Source of the DNA: Trypanosoma brucei
Lineage: Eukaryota
Direction of reading: 5' to 3'
Assembly (NCBI GenBank): GCA_000002445.1
Contig: CM000208.1
Location: 2,496,001-2,560,000, forward strand
Length of the DNA: 64,000 nucleotides
The notes under the pieces were generated by a model that ran no database searches, was not told where the DNA came from, and saw only the letters and a program-made list of their open reading frames with translations. Made by a program: the position numbers and the translations under genes. Positions 10,981 through 21,511 of the stretch are shown here, in pieces. Every line of letters starts with the position of its first letter. Within the stretch, counting starts at the first letter, position 1.

Positions 10981-12801
10981 TCAAAACGTAAGAAATGGAT
11001 GTTTCAAAAGTTCCTCAGCCTCTGGGCGCTTCTTCGGATCTCGAATAAAGCACAATTCAAGGAAGCTCATCAGTTGCGGATCCAGATTATCCGGTATCTC
11101 CGTGGGGAGACCAGTCGAGTGCGCTATCTTATACACGGCAGCCCACATAGAATTGCACTCTGGCCACGGCGGCTTCCCGGTTAGCATCTCAACTACAGTA
11201 CACCCAACCGACCAAATGTCGCTCTTCATCCCGTAACCTCCAGCCTCGCCTTTGATAACTTCGGGCGCCATCCAATATGGCGTTCCAACCATCGTTTCAC
11301 AACCATGCGTTTTACTACATACATCATCAATAGTTTTGCTGCAACCGAAGTCTGCTAGTTTAATTATACCCTCCAGTGATACCAAAACGTTGTCCCCCTT
11401 GATGTCCCGGTGCACAATGCCACAGTCGTGAAGATACTTCACTCCGCACACTATCTGAAAGGTCCACTGTCGAACAGTGGGGAGAGGAATGGTTTTGAAC
11501 TTCTTCACGAAGCCGTTGAGGGAACCTCCACTTACAAATTCCATAAATATATTGAGCGTATTTTTCTCCCTGTCTTCCTGGCATCCATGATACTGAACAA
11601 TATTTGGGTGATTAAGACGCTTCATCAGGGCAATTTCATTGCGCAACTTGTCCATTTCGCTCCTGCTGGAAATGGATCCAAGCTCGATAACTTTACAGCA
11701 TACCGTACGCCCGTTTGTAAGTAGAGCCTCATACACTGCTCCAAAACTGCCTTTTCCAACAATCTTCAGCTGCCTCCAACCCTCCAAGTCCGCATCACTG
11801 AGAAACAGACGTTCCCGCCGCACCAGTGCGGTCTTCTCACTGGGGTTACCAGAAATATCGTTACCGTGTTCTACATTAGAAACCACGTTTGGATCATTCA
11901 CATCAAAGTCGCCATTGTGGCTGCCATACATACTGCAGTCGTCGATGCTCCCCAAGGAATTCAGCGTCCCGGGGTTATTGGATGTCCTTGAATCCGACGG
12001 GAAAAGACCCTCTCCGAGCATACGCAACTTCTCGGGGTCTAAACCCTCACAGACAGACAAATCAAGGGTACCGACAAAAGTCTCTATATCCGCAACGACT
12101 GCCTTATGGATTGCCTGAGTGTGGTCATGCTCGCCGTTGATGAAAACGCCAGCAAACCAATCACCATTCGCTAACCACTCGCAACCCTTTCCATGCTTGA
12201 CGCCATCTTTGAAAGAACCCACATACTTTGCACCATCCGCCCAGACATATGTCCCATTTCCATTGGGTTTGTCATTTGCAAAATCCCCCTCGTACACGTC
12301 ACCGTTGACACTGGTAATAACCCCTTTGCCCTCCTTCACGTTGTTTACAAACGTACCCTGAAAAACAACACCATTTGCCTCTATAAGCGTACCCTGCCCG
12401 TGACGAGCGTTCGCAAACCACTCGCCTTCGTAAACGTCGCCGCCAACGTACTCCATTTTCCCCCATCCCTGCCGCATGTCGTCAACCCACTCTCCAGAAT
12501 AAGTTCCGGTTTTGTCACTTAACACTCCGAACCCGTGTTGCACACCACACCTATACTCGCCCTCGTAGCGATCACCATCAGCCCACATGTACACTCCGCG
12601 GCCGTCTATGACATCATCCAGCCATCCTCCCACATACTCGTCACCACTGACCCAACGAGCCCGGCCAAAACCAGACATCCGCCCCTCCTCATCAACAGTT
12701 CCTATATAATATCCCTCCTCAAAGTCAATGCGAGTCTGCTTCCCTTGAGGTCCATCACCCTCGCAGTCACTCACAGAACCATGAGATTCTTGTGTACTCA
12801 T
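10981..12801 (-). CDS. MORN-repeat-containing serine/threonine protein kinase (STE group-like)
   Basis: About 9 N-terminal MORN repeats (YEGEW/YVGxFxxGxxHGxG pattern). C-terminal kinase domain: GKGSFGAVY (Gly loop), HRDIKGDNVLV (catalytic loop), DFGCSK (DFG), GTPYWMAPE (APE). Start trimmed to MSTQESHG ATG at 12799..12801; the longer ORF begins 10 codons upstream in a T-rich tract. Confidence 0.8.
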   Translation of the reverse strand: MSTQESHGSVSDCEGDGPQGKQTRIDFEEGYYIGTVDEEGRMSGFGRARWVSGDEYVGGWLDDVIDGRGVYMWADGDRYEGEYRCGVQHGFGVLSDKTGTYSGEWVDDMRQGWGKMEYVGGDVYEGEWFANARHGQGTLIEANGVVFQGTFVNNVKEGKGVITSVNGDVYEGDFANDKPNGNGTYVWADGAKYVGSFKDGVKHGKGCEWLANGDWFAGVFINGEHDHTQAIHKAVVADIETFVGTLDLSVCEGLDPEKLRMLGEGLFPSDSRTSNNPGTLNSLGSIDDCSMYGSHNGDFDVNDPNVVSNVEHGNDISGNPSEKTALVRRERLFLSDADLEGWRQLKIVGKGSFGAVYEALLTNGRTVCCKVIELGSISSRSEMDKLRNEIALMKRLNHPNIVQYHGCQEDREKNTLNIFMEFVSGGSLNGFVKKFKTIPLPTVRQWTFQIVCGVKYLHDCGIVHRDIKGDNVLVSLEGIIKLADFGCSKTIDDVCSKTHGCETMVGTPYWMAPEVIKGEAGGYGMKSDIWSVGCTVVEMLTGKPPWPECNSMWAAVYKIAHSTGLPTEIPDNLDPQLMSFLELCFIRDPKKRPEAEELLKHPFLTF

Positions 12802-13958
12802 CACCAAAAAAAACAACTTCACACAAAACAAAGAATAAGCTCCTTGGCAACGCTACCACAAAAGAATAAGTACAGAATACAAAAAAAAAAGAGCGAAAAA
12901 GCTGTAGCGAAATCCACCGCAGGGCTCAATGTAAGCTAACTTCGCCCTCCCCCTCCCTCACCCTATGGCCTCAGTGTTGCCCTGTAAAACCTTCTCTGAC
13001 ACTAGTCAAGCAGAGGTAAAAACTAACCTAACCCTAACACTCTCACACAATGAAAGGAGAATCCGTGGGGAATTTGGGAAAAGGCAAAGCACACACGGTA
13101 AGCAGTCGGCACAACCCCTGGCGCAAAGAAGGCGCAACTGCACGCAAACAAGGCATTCGATTCAGTACCTTCTGTAGGATATGTGGGTTGCCATACCGTA
13201 GGCAGTTACCAGTAACAGAAACGTATGGGGAAGGAAAGAATCAAAATATAGCTAAAGCTCCTCAACGCATATATATATATATATATTACCGTTTCACAGC
13301 CAATTCATACATCACACTTAACGCTCCCTCTAAACAACGACCCCAAACAATAACATCCCCAGGTACCTCACCAACAACAACAACAACACAATTCTTAATT
13401 AGCAAATATGGCTTCAATGGAGGCAAAGGAAGAAAGGAAGGACGTACACTCCAACTGTGAGATCCCGCTCGAATCAGCTGTAGCGACGAGAGTAGTTAAC
13501 GGAAGGTCGACCCAGGGACCCACATCGCATCCCTACGCTGCCGTTAACATACCCTCAAGTGAAAATTAAAAAAAAAAATGGACCAAAAGTTGATTTCAGC
13601 AAAAGTGCGTCCGAAAGAAAGGGCACGAAACAACAAACAGAAAATAATCAGCAGCAAAATAAATACATCACATTACGTGGCTATCACTGGACACAACCAA
13701 TAGTTGGTCAGCACGTGCCAGTAGTCGATCGACAAAATACATAATAATCAGCACAGTTAGCACAGGAGAGATAATATCAGCCCTTTCACGCAACGCATTA
13801 TCCACACTCACAACACGAAACAACTACGTTGAGGACAAACGAATGGCGCCACCCAATGGCATACTCCTGCGTACATTGATCTCCACAGTGCAGCACTCAT
13901 ACGTAAAGACCTTCCAATCACAGTTTAAAAAAGAGGAAAATACCGCTTCTCAAATATT

Positions 13959-16900
13959 CTACACCTTGCGACCCGAGTGATTAACGAAGGTTGCGCGGTT
14001 AGTCGTAACATACATCGAAGGGTCCACATGACGGACCTGTACTGCAGGTTTCCCAATGGGACGAGGAGGACATTGTACCTCAGGCCTGATAAACCTGTTG
14101 CGGTATTCGCTGCTTACACCTTGCATAGAAATGCTTGACTGTTTAACAGTCGGAGCAGCCTTTGGCATATAAGGTTTGCTGGCACCGTGTGCCTTGAAAT
14201 CTCTATGCGCGGTACTCACGTACATATCAGCATCTACATGACAAGGGCAGGAATAACCAACATTAGGGGCCTTTTTCCACTTTGACACACGTACTCCGTT
14301 ACCAGTTGGTTGATCGCCCACAGCCGCAGCAGCACACTCAGTAGTAGCTGCAACAGCCGCAGCAGCACCTCCATTACTCTCCCCACTTGCGACACACTTC
14401 ATATCAGTGAAGACATCAACCTTCTTGGATGTCACACCACCATCACTTTTACCTTTCACGACCTTCTTAACAACAATAGCATCAGCTTCAGATGAAGCAG
14501 TAAAGCTATGCCTCATAGACATAACAGATTCATCACCAAAGGAAGACTCCCTACACGAACTCTTATAACAAGAAGAATCATAGCGACAATACGAATCCTT
14601 TGCAGTTGTCCTAAAGTGGCCATCATCACCACCGCGACGTGACACTTTCACAACTTCCTCACGGAGCACATCACGCTTATATGCGGCAGGGTCAATTGGC
14701 GCATACGATTCTGCAGTGGTTGAGCGGGAGTGACTGGGATCAACATGACGAGGGCCCGTTACCTCCTCTTCCTCACGGAGCACATCACGCTTATATGCGG
14801 CAGGGTCAATTGGCGCATACGATTCTGCAGTGGTTGAGCGGAAGTGACTGGGGTCAACATGACGAGGGCCCGTTACCTCCTCTTCCTCACGGAGCACATC
14901 ACGCTTATATGCGGCAGGGTCAATTGGCGCATACGATTCTGCAGTGGTTGAGCGGAAGTGACTGGGATCAACATGACGAGGGCCCGTTGCCTCCTCTTCC
15001 TCACGGAGCACATCACGCTTATATGCGGCAGGGTCAATTGGCGCATACGATTCTGCAGTGGTTGAGCGCAAGTGACTGGGATCAACATGACGAGGGCCCG
15101 TTGCCTCCTCTTCCTCACGGAGCACATCACGCTTATATGCGGCAGGGTCAATTGGCGCATACGATTCTGCAGTGGTTGAGCGGAAGTGACTGGGATCAAC
15201 ATGACGAGGGCCCGTTGCCTCCTCTTCCTCACGGAGCACATCACGCTTATATGCGGCAGGGTCAATTGGCGCATACGATTCTGCAGTGGTTGAGCGGAAG
15301 TGACTGGGATCAACATGACGAGGGCCCGTTGCCTCCTCTTCCTCACGGAGCACATCACGCTTATATGCGGCAGGGTCAATTGGCGCATACGATTCTGCAG
15401 TGGTTGAGCGGAAGTGACTGGGATCAACATGACGAGGGCCCGTTACCTCCTCTTCCTCACGGAGCACATCACGCTTATATGCGGCAGGGTCAATTGGTGC
15501 ATACGATTCTGCAGTGGTTGAGCGGAAGTGACTGGGGTCAACATGACGAGGGCCCGTTACCTCCTCTTCCTCACGGAGCACATCACGCTTATATGCGGCA
15601 GGGTCAATTGGCGCATACGATTCTGCAGTGGTTGAGCGGAAGTGACTGGGATCAACATGACGAGGGCCCGTTACCTCCTCTTCCTCACGGAGCACATCAC
15701 GCTTATATGCGGCAGGGTCAATTGGTGCATACGATTCTGCAGTGGTTGAGCGGAAGTGACTGGGATCAACATGACGAGGGCCCGTTACCTCCTCTTCCTC
15801 ACGGAGCACATCACGCTTATATGCGGCAGGGTCAATTGGTGCATACGATTCTGCAGTGGTTGAGCGGAAGTGACTGGGGTCAACATGACGAGGGCCCGTT
15901 ACCTCCTCTTCCTCACGGAGCACATCACGCTTATATGCGGCAGGGTCAATTGGTGCATACGATTCTGCAGTGGTTGAGCGGAAGTGACTGGGGTCAACAT
16001 GACGAGGGCCCGTTACCTCCTCTTCCTCACGGAGCACATCACGCTTATATGCGGCAGGGTCAATTGGCGCATACGATTCTGCAGTGGTTGAGCGGAAGTG
16101 ACTGGGATCAACATGACGAGGGCCCGTTACCTCCTCTTCCTCACGGAGCACATCACGCTTATATGCGGCAGGGTCAATTGGCGCATACGATTCTGCAGTG
16201 GTTGAGCGGAAGTGACTGGGATCAACATGACGAGGGCCCGTTACCTCCTCTTCCTCACGGAGCACATCACGCTTATATGCGGCAGGGTCAATTGGCGCAT
16301 ACGATTCTGCAGTGGTTGAGCGGAAGTGACTGGGGTCAACATGACGAGGGCCCGTTACCTCCTCTTCCTCACGGAGCACATCACGCTTATATGCGGCAGG
16401 GTCAATTGGCGCATACGATTCTGCAGTGGTTGAGCGGAAGTGACTGGGGTCAACATGACGAGGGCCCGTTACCTCCTCTTCCTCACGGAGCACATCACGC
16501 TTATATGCGGCAGGGTCAATTGGCGCATACGATTCTGCAGTGGTTGAGCGGAAGTGACTGGGGTCAACATGACGAGGGCCCGTTACCTCCTCTTCCTCAC
16601 GGAGCACATCACGCTTATATGCGGCAGGGTCAATTGGCGCATACGATTCTGCAGTGGTTGAGCGGAAGTGACTGGGGTCAACATGACGAGGGCCCGTTAC
16701 CTCCTCTTCCTCACGGAGCACATCACGCTTATATGCGGCAGGGTCAATTGGTGCATACGATTCTGCAGTGGTTGAGCGGAAGTGACTGGGGTCAACATGA
16801 CGAGGGCCCGTTACCTCCTCTTCCTCACGGAGCACATCACGCTTATATGCGGCAGGGTCAATTGGCGCATACGATTCTGCAGTGGTTGAGCGGAAGTGAC

Positions 16901-19900
16901 TGGGGTCAACATGACGAGGGCCCGTTACCTCCTCTTCCTCACGGAGCACATCACGCTTATATGCGGCAGGGTCAATTGGCGCATACGATTCTGCAGTGGT
17001 TGAGCGGAAGTGACTGGGATCAACATGACGAGGGCCCGTTACCTCCTCTTCCTCACGGAGCACATCACGCTTATATGCGGCAGGGTCAATTGGTGCATAC
17101 GATTCTGCAGTGGTTGAGCGGAAGTGACTGGGGTCAACATGACGAGGGCCCGTTACCTCCTCTTCCTCACGGAGCACATCACGCTTATATGCGGCAGGGT
17201 CAATTGGCGCATACGATTCTGCAGTGGTTGAGCGGAAGTGACTGGGATCAACATGACGAGGGCCCGTTACCTCCTCTTCCTCACGGAGCACATCACGCTT
17301 ATATGCGGCAGGGTCAATTGGCGCATACGATTCTGCAGTGGTTGAGCGGAAGTGACTGGGGTCAACATGACGAGGGCCCGTTACCTCCTCTTCCTCACGG
17401 AGCACATCACGCTTATATGCGGCAGGGTCAATTGGTGCATACGATTCTGCAGTGGTTGAGCGGAAGTGACTGGGGTCAACATGACGAGGGCCCGTTACCT
17501 CCTCTTCCTCACGGAGCACATCACGCTTATATGCGGCAGGGTCAATTGGTGCATACGATTCTGCAGTGGTTGAGCGGAAGTGACTGGGATCAACATGACG
17601 AGGGCCCGTTGCCTCCTCTTCCTCACGGAGCACATCACGCTTATATGCGGCAGGGTCAATTGGCGCATACGATTCTGCAGTGGTTGAGCGGAAGTGACTG
17701 GGATCAACATGACGAGGGCCCGTTACCTCCTCTTCCTCACGGAGCACATCACGCTTATATGCGGCAGGGTCAATTGGTGCATACGATTCTGCAGTGGTTG
17801 AGCGGAAGTGACTGGGGTCAACATGACGAGGGCCCGTTGCCTCCTCTTCCTCACGGAGCACATCACGCTTATATGCGGCAGGGTCAATTGGCGCATACGA
17901 TTCTGCAGTGGTTGAGCGGAAGTGACTGGGATCAACATGACGAGGGCCCGTTACCTCCTCTTCCTCACGGAGCACATCACGCTTATATGCGGCAGGGTCA
18001 ATTGGCGCATACGATTCTGCAGTGGTTGAGCGGAAGTGACTGGGATCAACATGACGAGGGCCCGTTACCTCCTCTTCCTCACGGAGCACATCACGCTTAT
18101 ATGCGGCAGGGTCAATTGGCGCATACGATTCTTCAGTGGTTGAGCGGAAGTGACTGGGATCAACATGACGAGGGCCCGTTACCTCCTCTTCCTCACGGAG
18201 CACATCACGCTTATATGCGGCAGGGTCAATTGGTGCATACGATTCTGCAGTGGTTGAGCGGAAGTGACTGGGATCAACATGACGAGGGCCCGTTACCTCC
18301 TCTTCCTCACGGAGCACATCACGCTTATATGCGGCAGGGTCAATTGGTGCATGCGATTCTGCAGTGGTTGAGCGGAAGTGACTGGGGTCAACATGACGAG
18401 GGCCCGTTACCTCCTCTTCCTCACGGAGCACATCACGCTTATATGCGGCAGGGTCAATTGGTGCATACGATTCTGCAGTGGTTGAGCGGAAGTGACTGGG
18501 GTCAACATGACGAGGGCCCGTTACCTCCTCTTCCTCACGGAGCACATCACGCTTATATGCGGCAGGGTCAATTGGCGCATACGATTCTGCAGTGGTTGAG
18601 CGGAAGTGACTGGGGTCAACATGACGAGGGCCCGTTACCTCCTCTTCCTCACGGAGCACATCACGCTTATATGCGGCAGGGTCAATTGGCGCATACGATT
18701 CTGCAGTGGTTGAGCGGAAGTGACTGGGGTCAACATGACGAGGGCCCGTTACCTCCTCTTCCTCACGGAGCACATCACGCTTATATGCGGCAGGGTCAAT
18801 TGGCGCATACGATTCTGCAGTGGTTGAGCGGAAGTGACTGGGGTCAACATGACGAGGGCCCGTTACCTCCTCTTCCTCACGGAGCACATCACGCTTATAT
18901 GCGGCAGGGTCAATTGGCGCATACGATTCTGCAGTGGTTGAGCGGAAGTGACTGGGATCAACATGACGAGGGCCCGTTACCTCCTCTTCCTCACGGAGCA
19001 CATCACGCTTATATGCGGCAGGGTCAATTGGTGCATACGATTCTGCAGTGGTTGAGCGGAAGTGACTGGGGTCAACATGACGAGGGCCCGTTACCTCCTC
19101 TTCCTCACGGAGCACATCACGCTTATATGCGGCAGGGTCAATTGGCGCATACGATTCTGCAGTGGTTGAGCGGAAGTGACTGGGATCAACATGACGAGGG
19201 CCCGTTACCTCCTCTTCCTCACGGAGCACATCACGCTTATATGCGGCAGGGTCAATTGGTGCATACGATTCTGCAGTGGTTGAGCGGAAGTGACTGGGGT
19301 CAACATGACGAGGGCCCGTTGCCTCCTCTTCCTCACGGAGCACATCACGCTTATATGCGGCAGGGTCAATTGGCGCATACGATTCTGCAGTGGTTGAGCG
19401 GAAGTGACTGGGATCAACATGACGAGGGCCCGTTGCCTCCTCTTCCTCACGGAGCACATCACGCTTATATGCGGCAGGGTCAATTGGTGCATACGATTCT
19501 GCAGTGGTTGAGCGGAAGTGACTGGGATCAACATGACGAGGGCCCGTTACCTCCTCTTCCTCACGGAGCACATCACGCTTATATGCGGCAGGGTCAATTG
19601 GTGCATACGATTCTGCAGTGGTTGAGCGGAAGTGACTGGGGTCAACATGACGAGGGCCCGTTACCTCCTCTTCCTCACGGAGCACATCACGCTTATATGC
19701 GGCAGGGTCAATTGGTGCATACGATTCTGCAGTGGTTGAGCGGAAGTGACTGGGGTCAACATGACGAGGGCCCGTTACCTCCTCTTCCTCACGGAGCACA
19801 TCACGCTTATATGCGGCAGGGTCAATTGGTGCATACGATTCTGCAGTGGTTGAGCGGAAGTGACTGGGATCAACATGACGAGGGCCCGTTACCTCCTCTT

Positions 19901-20276
19901 CCTCACGGAGCATATCACGCTTATATGCGGCAGGGTCAATTGGTGCATACGATTCTGCAGTGGTTGAGCGGAAGTGACTGGGATCAACATGACGAGGGCC
20001 CGTTACCTCCTCTTCCTCACGGAGCATATCACGCTTATATGCGGCAGGGTCAATTGGTGCATACGATTCTTTCATTGTGGAAAGTATTTCTTTATAATTT
20101 TGTTTATTTGCTTTTTGTTGTTTCATATAAAGGTTTTCAGTATTGTGCGGCAAACTTTTTTTTTTGTTTTTTATGTCGATGCAATCGTAGACCTCTGCTC
20201 TTTCTTTATCTCTTTGTGGATATGGTTGCGGATCATTCCACTTATAGTCTGCTTCTAATCCCTTTGTGCCAGGCAT
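13959..20276 (-). CDS. Giant repetitive protein with about 47 tandem 38-aa repeats; microtubule-associated repetitive protein (MARP)-like
   Basis: 2105-aa ORF. Short K/N-rich N-terminus, then about 47 near-identical repeats (ESYAPIDPAAYKRDVLREEEEVTGPRHVDPSHFRSTTA). About 230-aa non-repetitive C-terminal tail with degenerate repeat relics (HVDADMYVSTAHRDF, RHVDPSMYVTTNRAT). From memory, T. brucei MARP-1/2 are giant MAPs built of 38-aa repeats; name assignment is by recollection only. Confidence 0.8.
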   Translation of the reverse strand: MPGTKGLEADYKWNDPQPYPQRDKERAEVYDCIDIKNKKKSLPHNTENLYMKQQKANKQNYKEILSTMKESYAPIDPAAYKRDMLREEEEVTGPRHVDPSHFRSTTAESYAPIDPAAYKRDMLREEEEVTGPRHVDPSHFRSTTAESYAPIDPAAYKRDVLREEEEVTGPRHVDPSHFRSTTAESYAPIDPAAYKRDVLREEEEVTGPRHVDPSHFRSTTAESYAPIDPAAYKRDVLREEEEVTGPRHVDPSHFRSTTAESYAPIDPAAYKRDVLREEEEATGPRHVDPSHFRSTTAESYAPIDPAAYKRDVLREEEEATGPRHVDPSHFRSTTAESYAPIDPAAYKRDVLREEEEVTGPRHVDPSHFRSTTAESYAPIDPAAYKRDVLREEEEVTGPRHVDPSHFRSTTAESYAPIDPAAYKRDVLREEEEVTGPRHVDPSHFRSTTAESYAPIDPAAYKRDVLREEEEVTGPRHVDPSHFRSTTAESYAPIDPAAYKRDVLREEEEVTGPRHVDPSHFRSTTAESYAPIDPAAYKRDVLREEEEVTGPRHVDPSHFRSTTAESYAPIDPAAYKRDVLREEEEVTGPRHVDPSHFRSTTAESYAPIDPAAYKRDVLREEEEVTGPRHVDPSHFRSTTAESHAPIDPAAYKRDVLREEEEVTGPRHVDPSHFRSTTAESYAPIDPAAYKRDVLREEEEVTGPRHVDPSHFRSTTEESYAPIDPAAYKRDVLREEEEVTGPRHVDPSHFRSTTAESYAPIDPAAYKRDVLREEEEVTGPRHVDPSHFRSTTAESYAPIDPAAYKRDVLREEEEATGPRHVDPSHFRSTTAESYAPIDPAAYKRDVLREEEEVTGPRHVDPSHFRSTTAESYAPIDPAAYKRDVLREEEEATGPRHVDPSHFRSTTAESYAPIDPAAYKRDVLREEEEVTGPRHVDPSHFRSTTAESYAPIDPAAYKRDVLREEEEVTGPRHVDPSHFRSTTAESYAPIDPAAYKRDVLREEEEVTGPRHVDPSHFRSTTAESYAPIDPAAYKRDVLREEEEVTGPRHVDPSHFRSTTAESYAPIDPAAYKRDVLREEEEVTGPRHVDPSHFRSTTAESYAPIDPAAYKRDVLREEEEVTGPRHVDPSHFRSTTAESYAPIDPAAYKRDVLREEEEVTGPRHVDPSHFRSTTAESYAPIDPAAYKRDVLREEEEVTGPRHVDPSHFRSTTAESYAPIDPAAYKRDVLREEEEVTGPRHVDPSHFRSTTAESYAPIDPAAYKRDVLREEEEVTGPRHVDPSHFRSTTAESYAPIDPAAYKRDVLREEEEVTGPRHVDPSHFRSTTAESYAPIDPAAYKRDVLREEEEVTGPRHVDPSHFRSTTAESYAPIDPAAYKRDVLREEEEVTGPRHVDPSHFRSTTAESYAPIDPAAYKRDVLREEEEVTGPRHVDPSHFRSTTAESYAPIDPAAYKRDVLREEEEVTGPRHVDPSHFRSTTAESYAPIDPAAYKRDVLREEEEVTGPRHVDPSHFRSTTAESYAPIDPAAYKRDVLREEEEVTGPRHVDPSHFRSTTAESYAPIDPAAYKRDVLREEEEVTGPRHVDPSHFRSTTAESYAPIDPAAYKRDVLREEEEVTGPRHVDPSHFRSTTAESYAPIDPAAYKRDVLREEEEATGPRHVDPSHFRSTTAESYAPIDPAAYKRDVLREEEEATGPRHVDPSHFRSTTAESYAPIDPAAYKRDVLREEEEATGPRHVDPSHLRSTTAESYAPIDPAAYKRDVLREEEEATGPRHVDPSHFRSTTAESYAPIDPAAYKRDVLREEEEVTGPRHVDPSHFRSTTAESYAPIDPAAYKRDVLREEEEVTGPRHVDPSHSRSTTAESYAPIDPAAYKRDVLREEVVKVSRRGGDDGHFRTTAKDSYCRYDSSCYKSSCRESSFGDESVMSMRHSFTASSEADAIVVKKVVKGKSDGGVTSKKVDVFTDMKCVASGESNGGAAAAVAATTECAAAAVGDQPTGNGVRVSKWKKAPNVGYSCPCHVDADMYVSTAHRDFKAHGASKPYMPKAAPTVKQSSISMQGVSSEYRNRFIRPEVQCPPRPIGKPAVQVRHVDPSMYVTTNRATFVNHSGRKV
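14657..20069. repeat. Tandem array of about 47.5 copies of a 114-bp unit (>98% identical), coding for the 38-aa MARP-like repeat
   Basis: Exact 114-bp periodicity visible in the raw sequence (e.g. ...cacggagcacatcacgcttatatgcggcagggtcaattggcgcatacgattctgcagtggttgagcggaagtgactgggatcaacatgacgagggcccgttacctcctcttcct...). Three common variable positions only: g/a in gatcaac/ggtcaac, c/t in ggcgcatac/ggtgcatac, a/g in gttacct/gttgcct. Confidence 0.95.
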
Positions 20277-20606
20277 CCTTCCTTTGGTATTTTTGATTCC
20301 TATTTATTGTAAGTAGTTTTTACACTTATATTTCTGAAGGTAAGATGCTTCTTTTTCTTAGGTGATTTATGGATATTGAGTAGAGAAATTATATCCTGCA
20401 GAGGGGTGTGTGGTAAATTATCTTACAGCGAATATTCTAATTTTTTTTCATCATTTGGGGTTGAGTTAGCGGATATTAAGGTATACTTTTGGTGTTCAGT
20501 CATCACAGTTCCTTGTGGAAGGTGTTACTCATGCAAATACACGTGACGTTAGGCGTTTGAGAAACTGCCTCCTTTTCTACATCTACTGACTGGCAACCGC
20601 TGGTCG

Positions 20607-21179
20607 TTACATTTGGGTTCTCGCGCCACAGTTCCTTCCCGCGGACAACTGTCTTTGCACGTGGTGGTTTAAAATGGTGACATCCATAGCAGACTTTGTT
20701 GTGCGAAATCGGTCAACCATGGCATCATCTACTGTTGGTTGGTTTACTGGTTTGGACAGTTTCCCAGTTAGTGCAAAGCGGTCTACGCCGCTGAGCGTGT
20801 TTAACGGTTTGCAATGGTGCTTTGGCTTCCCATACCTGCTATCAATCAGGTATCGCTGTGTGGCGCCATAGTCTTTGCTTGTTGCCACAACTTCATCGAC
20901 TGTTGGTAGGCCGCTTCCAAATATAAGGCTCTTCCCGAGTCCACGCTGCCGCAACATCGGCCGGACAGCTGTAACACATGGGGTAGAGTAATCAGCCTTA
21001 TAAACTGAGGACGGCAGCGGAGATTGGCCGTCTACTGCGATCGTGAATTTGCCATGCGCCTCATTGATGCGTGCGTCGAACCAGTTATCTACGAGGACAC
21101 CGCTGTTGTAATGGTTGTCAAAACATGGAAGAACTCGCTTGTCCCCGGTGTGCATGCTGGCGCCTGCAACCGATTCCAC
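20607..21179 (-). CDS. Hypothetical protein (kinetoplastid-type, no recognisable domain)
   Basis: 190-aa minus-strand ORF in the same orientation as all neighbours, with balanced composition. No motif recognised. Confidence 0.4.
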   Translation of the reverse strand: MESVAGASMHTGDKRVLPCFDNHYNSGVLVDNWFDARINEAHGKFTIAVDGQSPLPSSVYKADYSTPCVTAVRPMLRQRGLGKSLIFGSGLPTVDEVVATSKDYGATQRYLIDSRYGKPKHHCKPLNTLSGVDRFALTGKLSKPVNQPTVDDAMVDRFRTTKSAMDVTILNHHVQRQLSAGRNCGARTQM

Positions 21180-21511
21180 TCACCCCAGAGCTTTGTGCTG
21201 CCTAGCACTGAGGATTCACCTAAATTACAGTGCAATCGGCTCAGTCACATGGTGTAACACGAGTGTGGTTGCGGTTCAAAGGGAATGGTGAGAGAAGAAA
21301 AAAAGTGTAAAGCCCCCGTCGAGGAGATCCCACAAGGGTGGAGAGAGGAAGGAGTGGCATGTAGCCAAACTACAGGCAAGGAATACACACTTGAGTACTA
21401 ATGCACAAGTTATAGGGAGACTTTCGTTTTTACCCTAACCCTTATCTTGGGTGTCGCAAGGGCGGAGAAAAGTTTATCCCTTTTTTGGTTCACAGCCTTT
21501 CTGTCCTTACT

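Noticed and set aside
14639-20296. 1885-aa plus-strand ORF (HGAHHAYMRQGQLAHTILQWLSGSDWDQHDEGPLPPLP repeats)
   Set aside because: It is the antisense reading of the MARP-like 114-bp repeat. The unit happens to lack stops in this frame, so the ORF length is a repeat artefact. All other genes are on the minus strand, and the sense frame has flanking unique N- and C-terminal domains.
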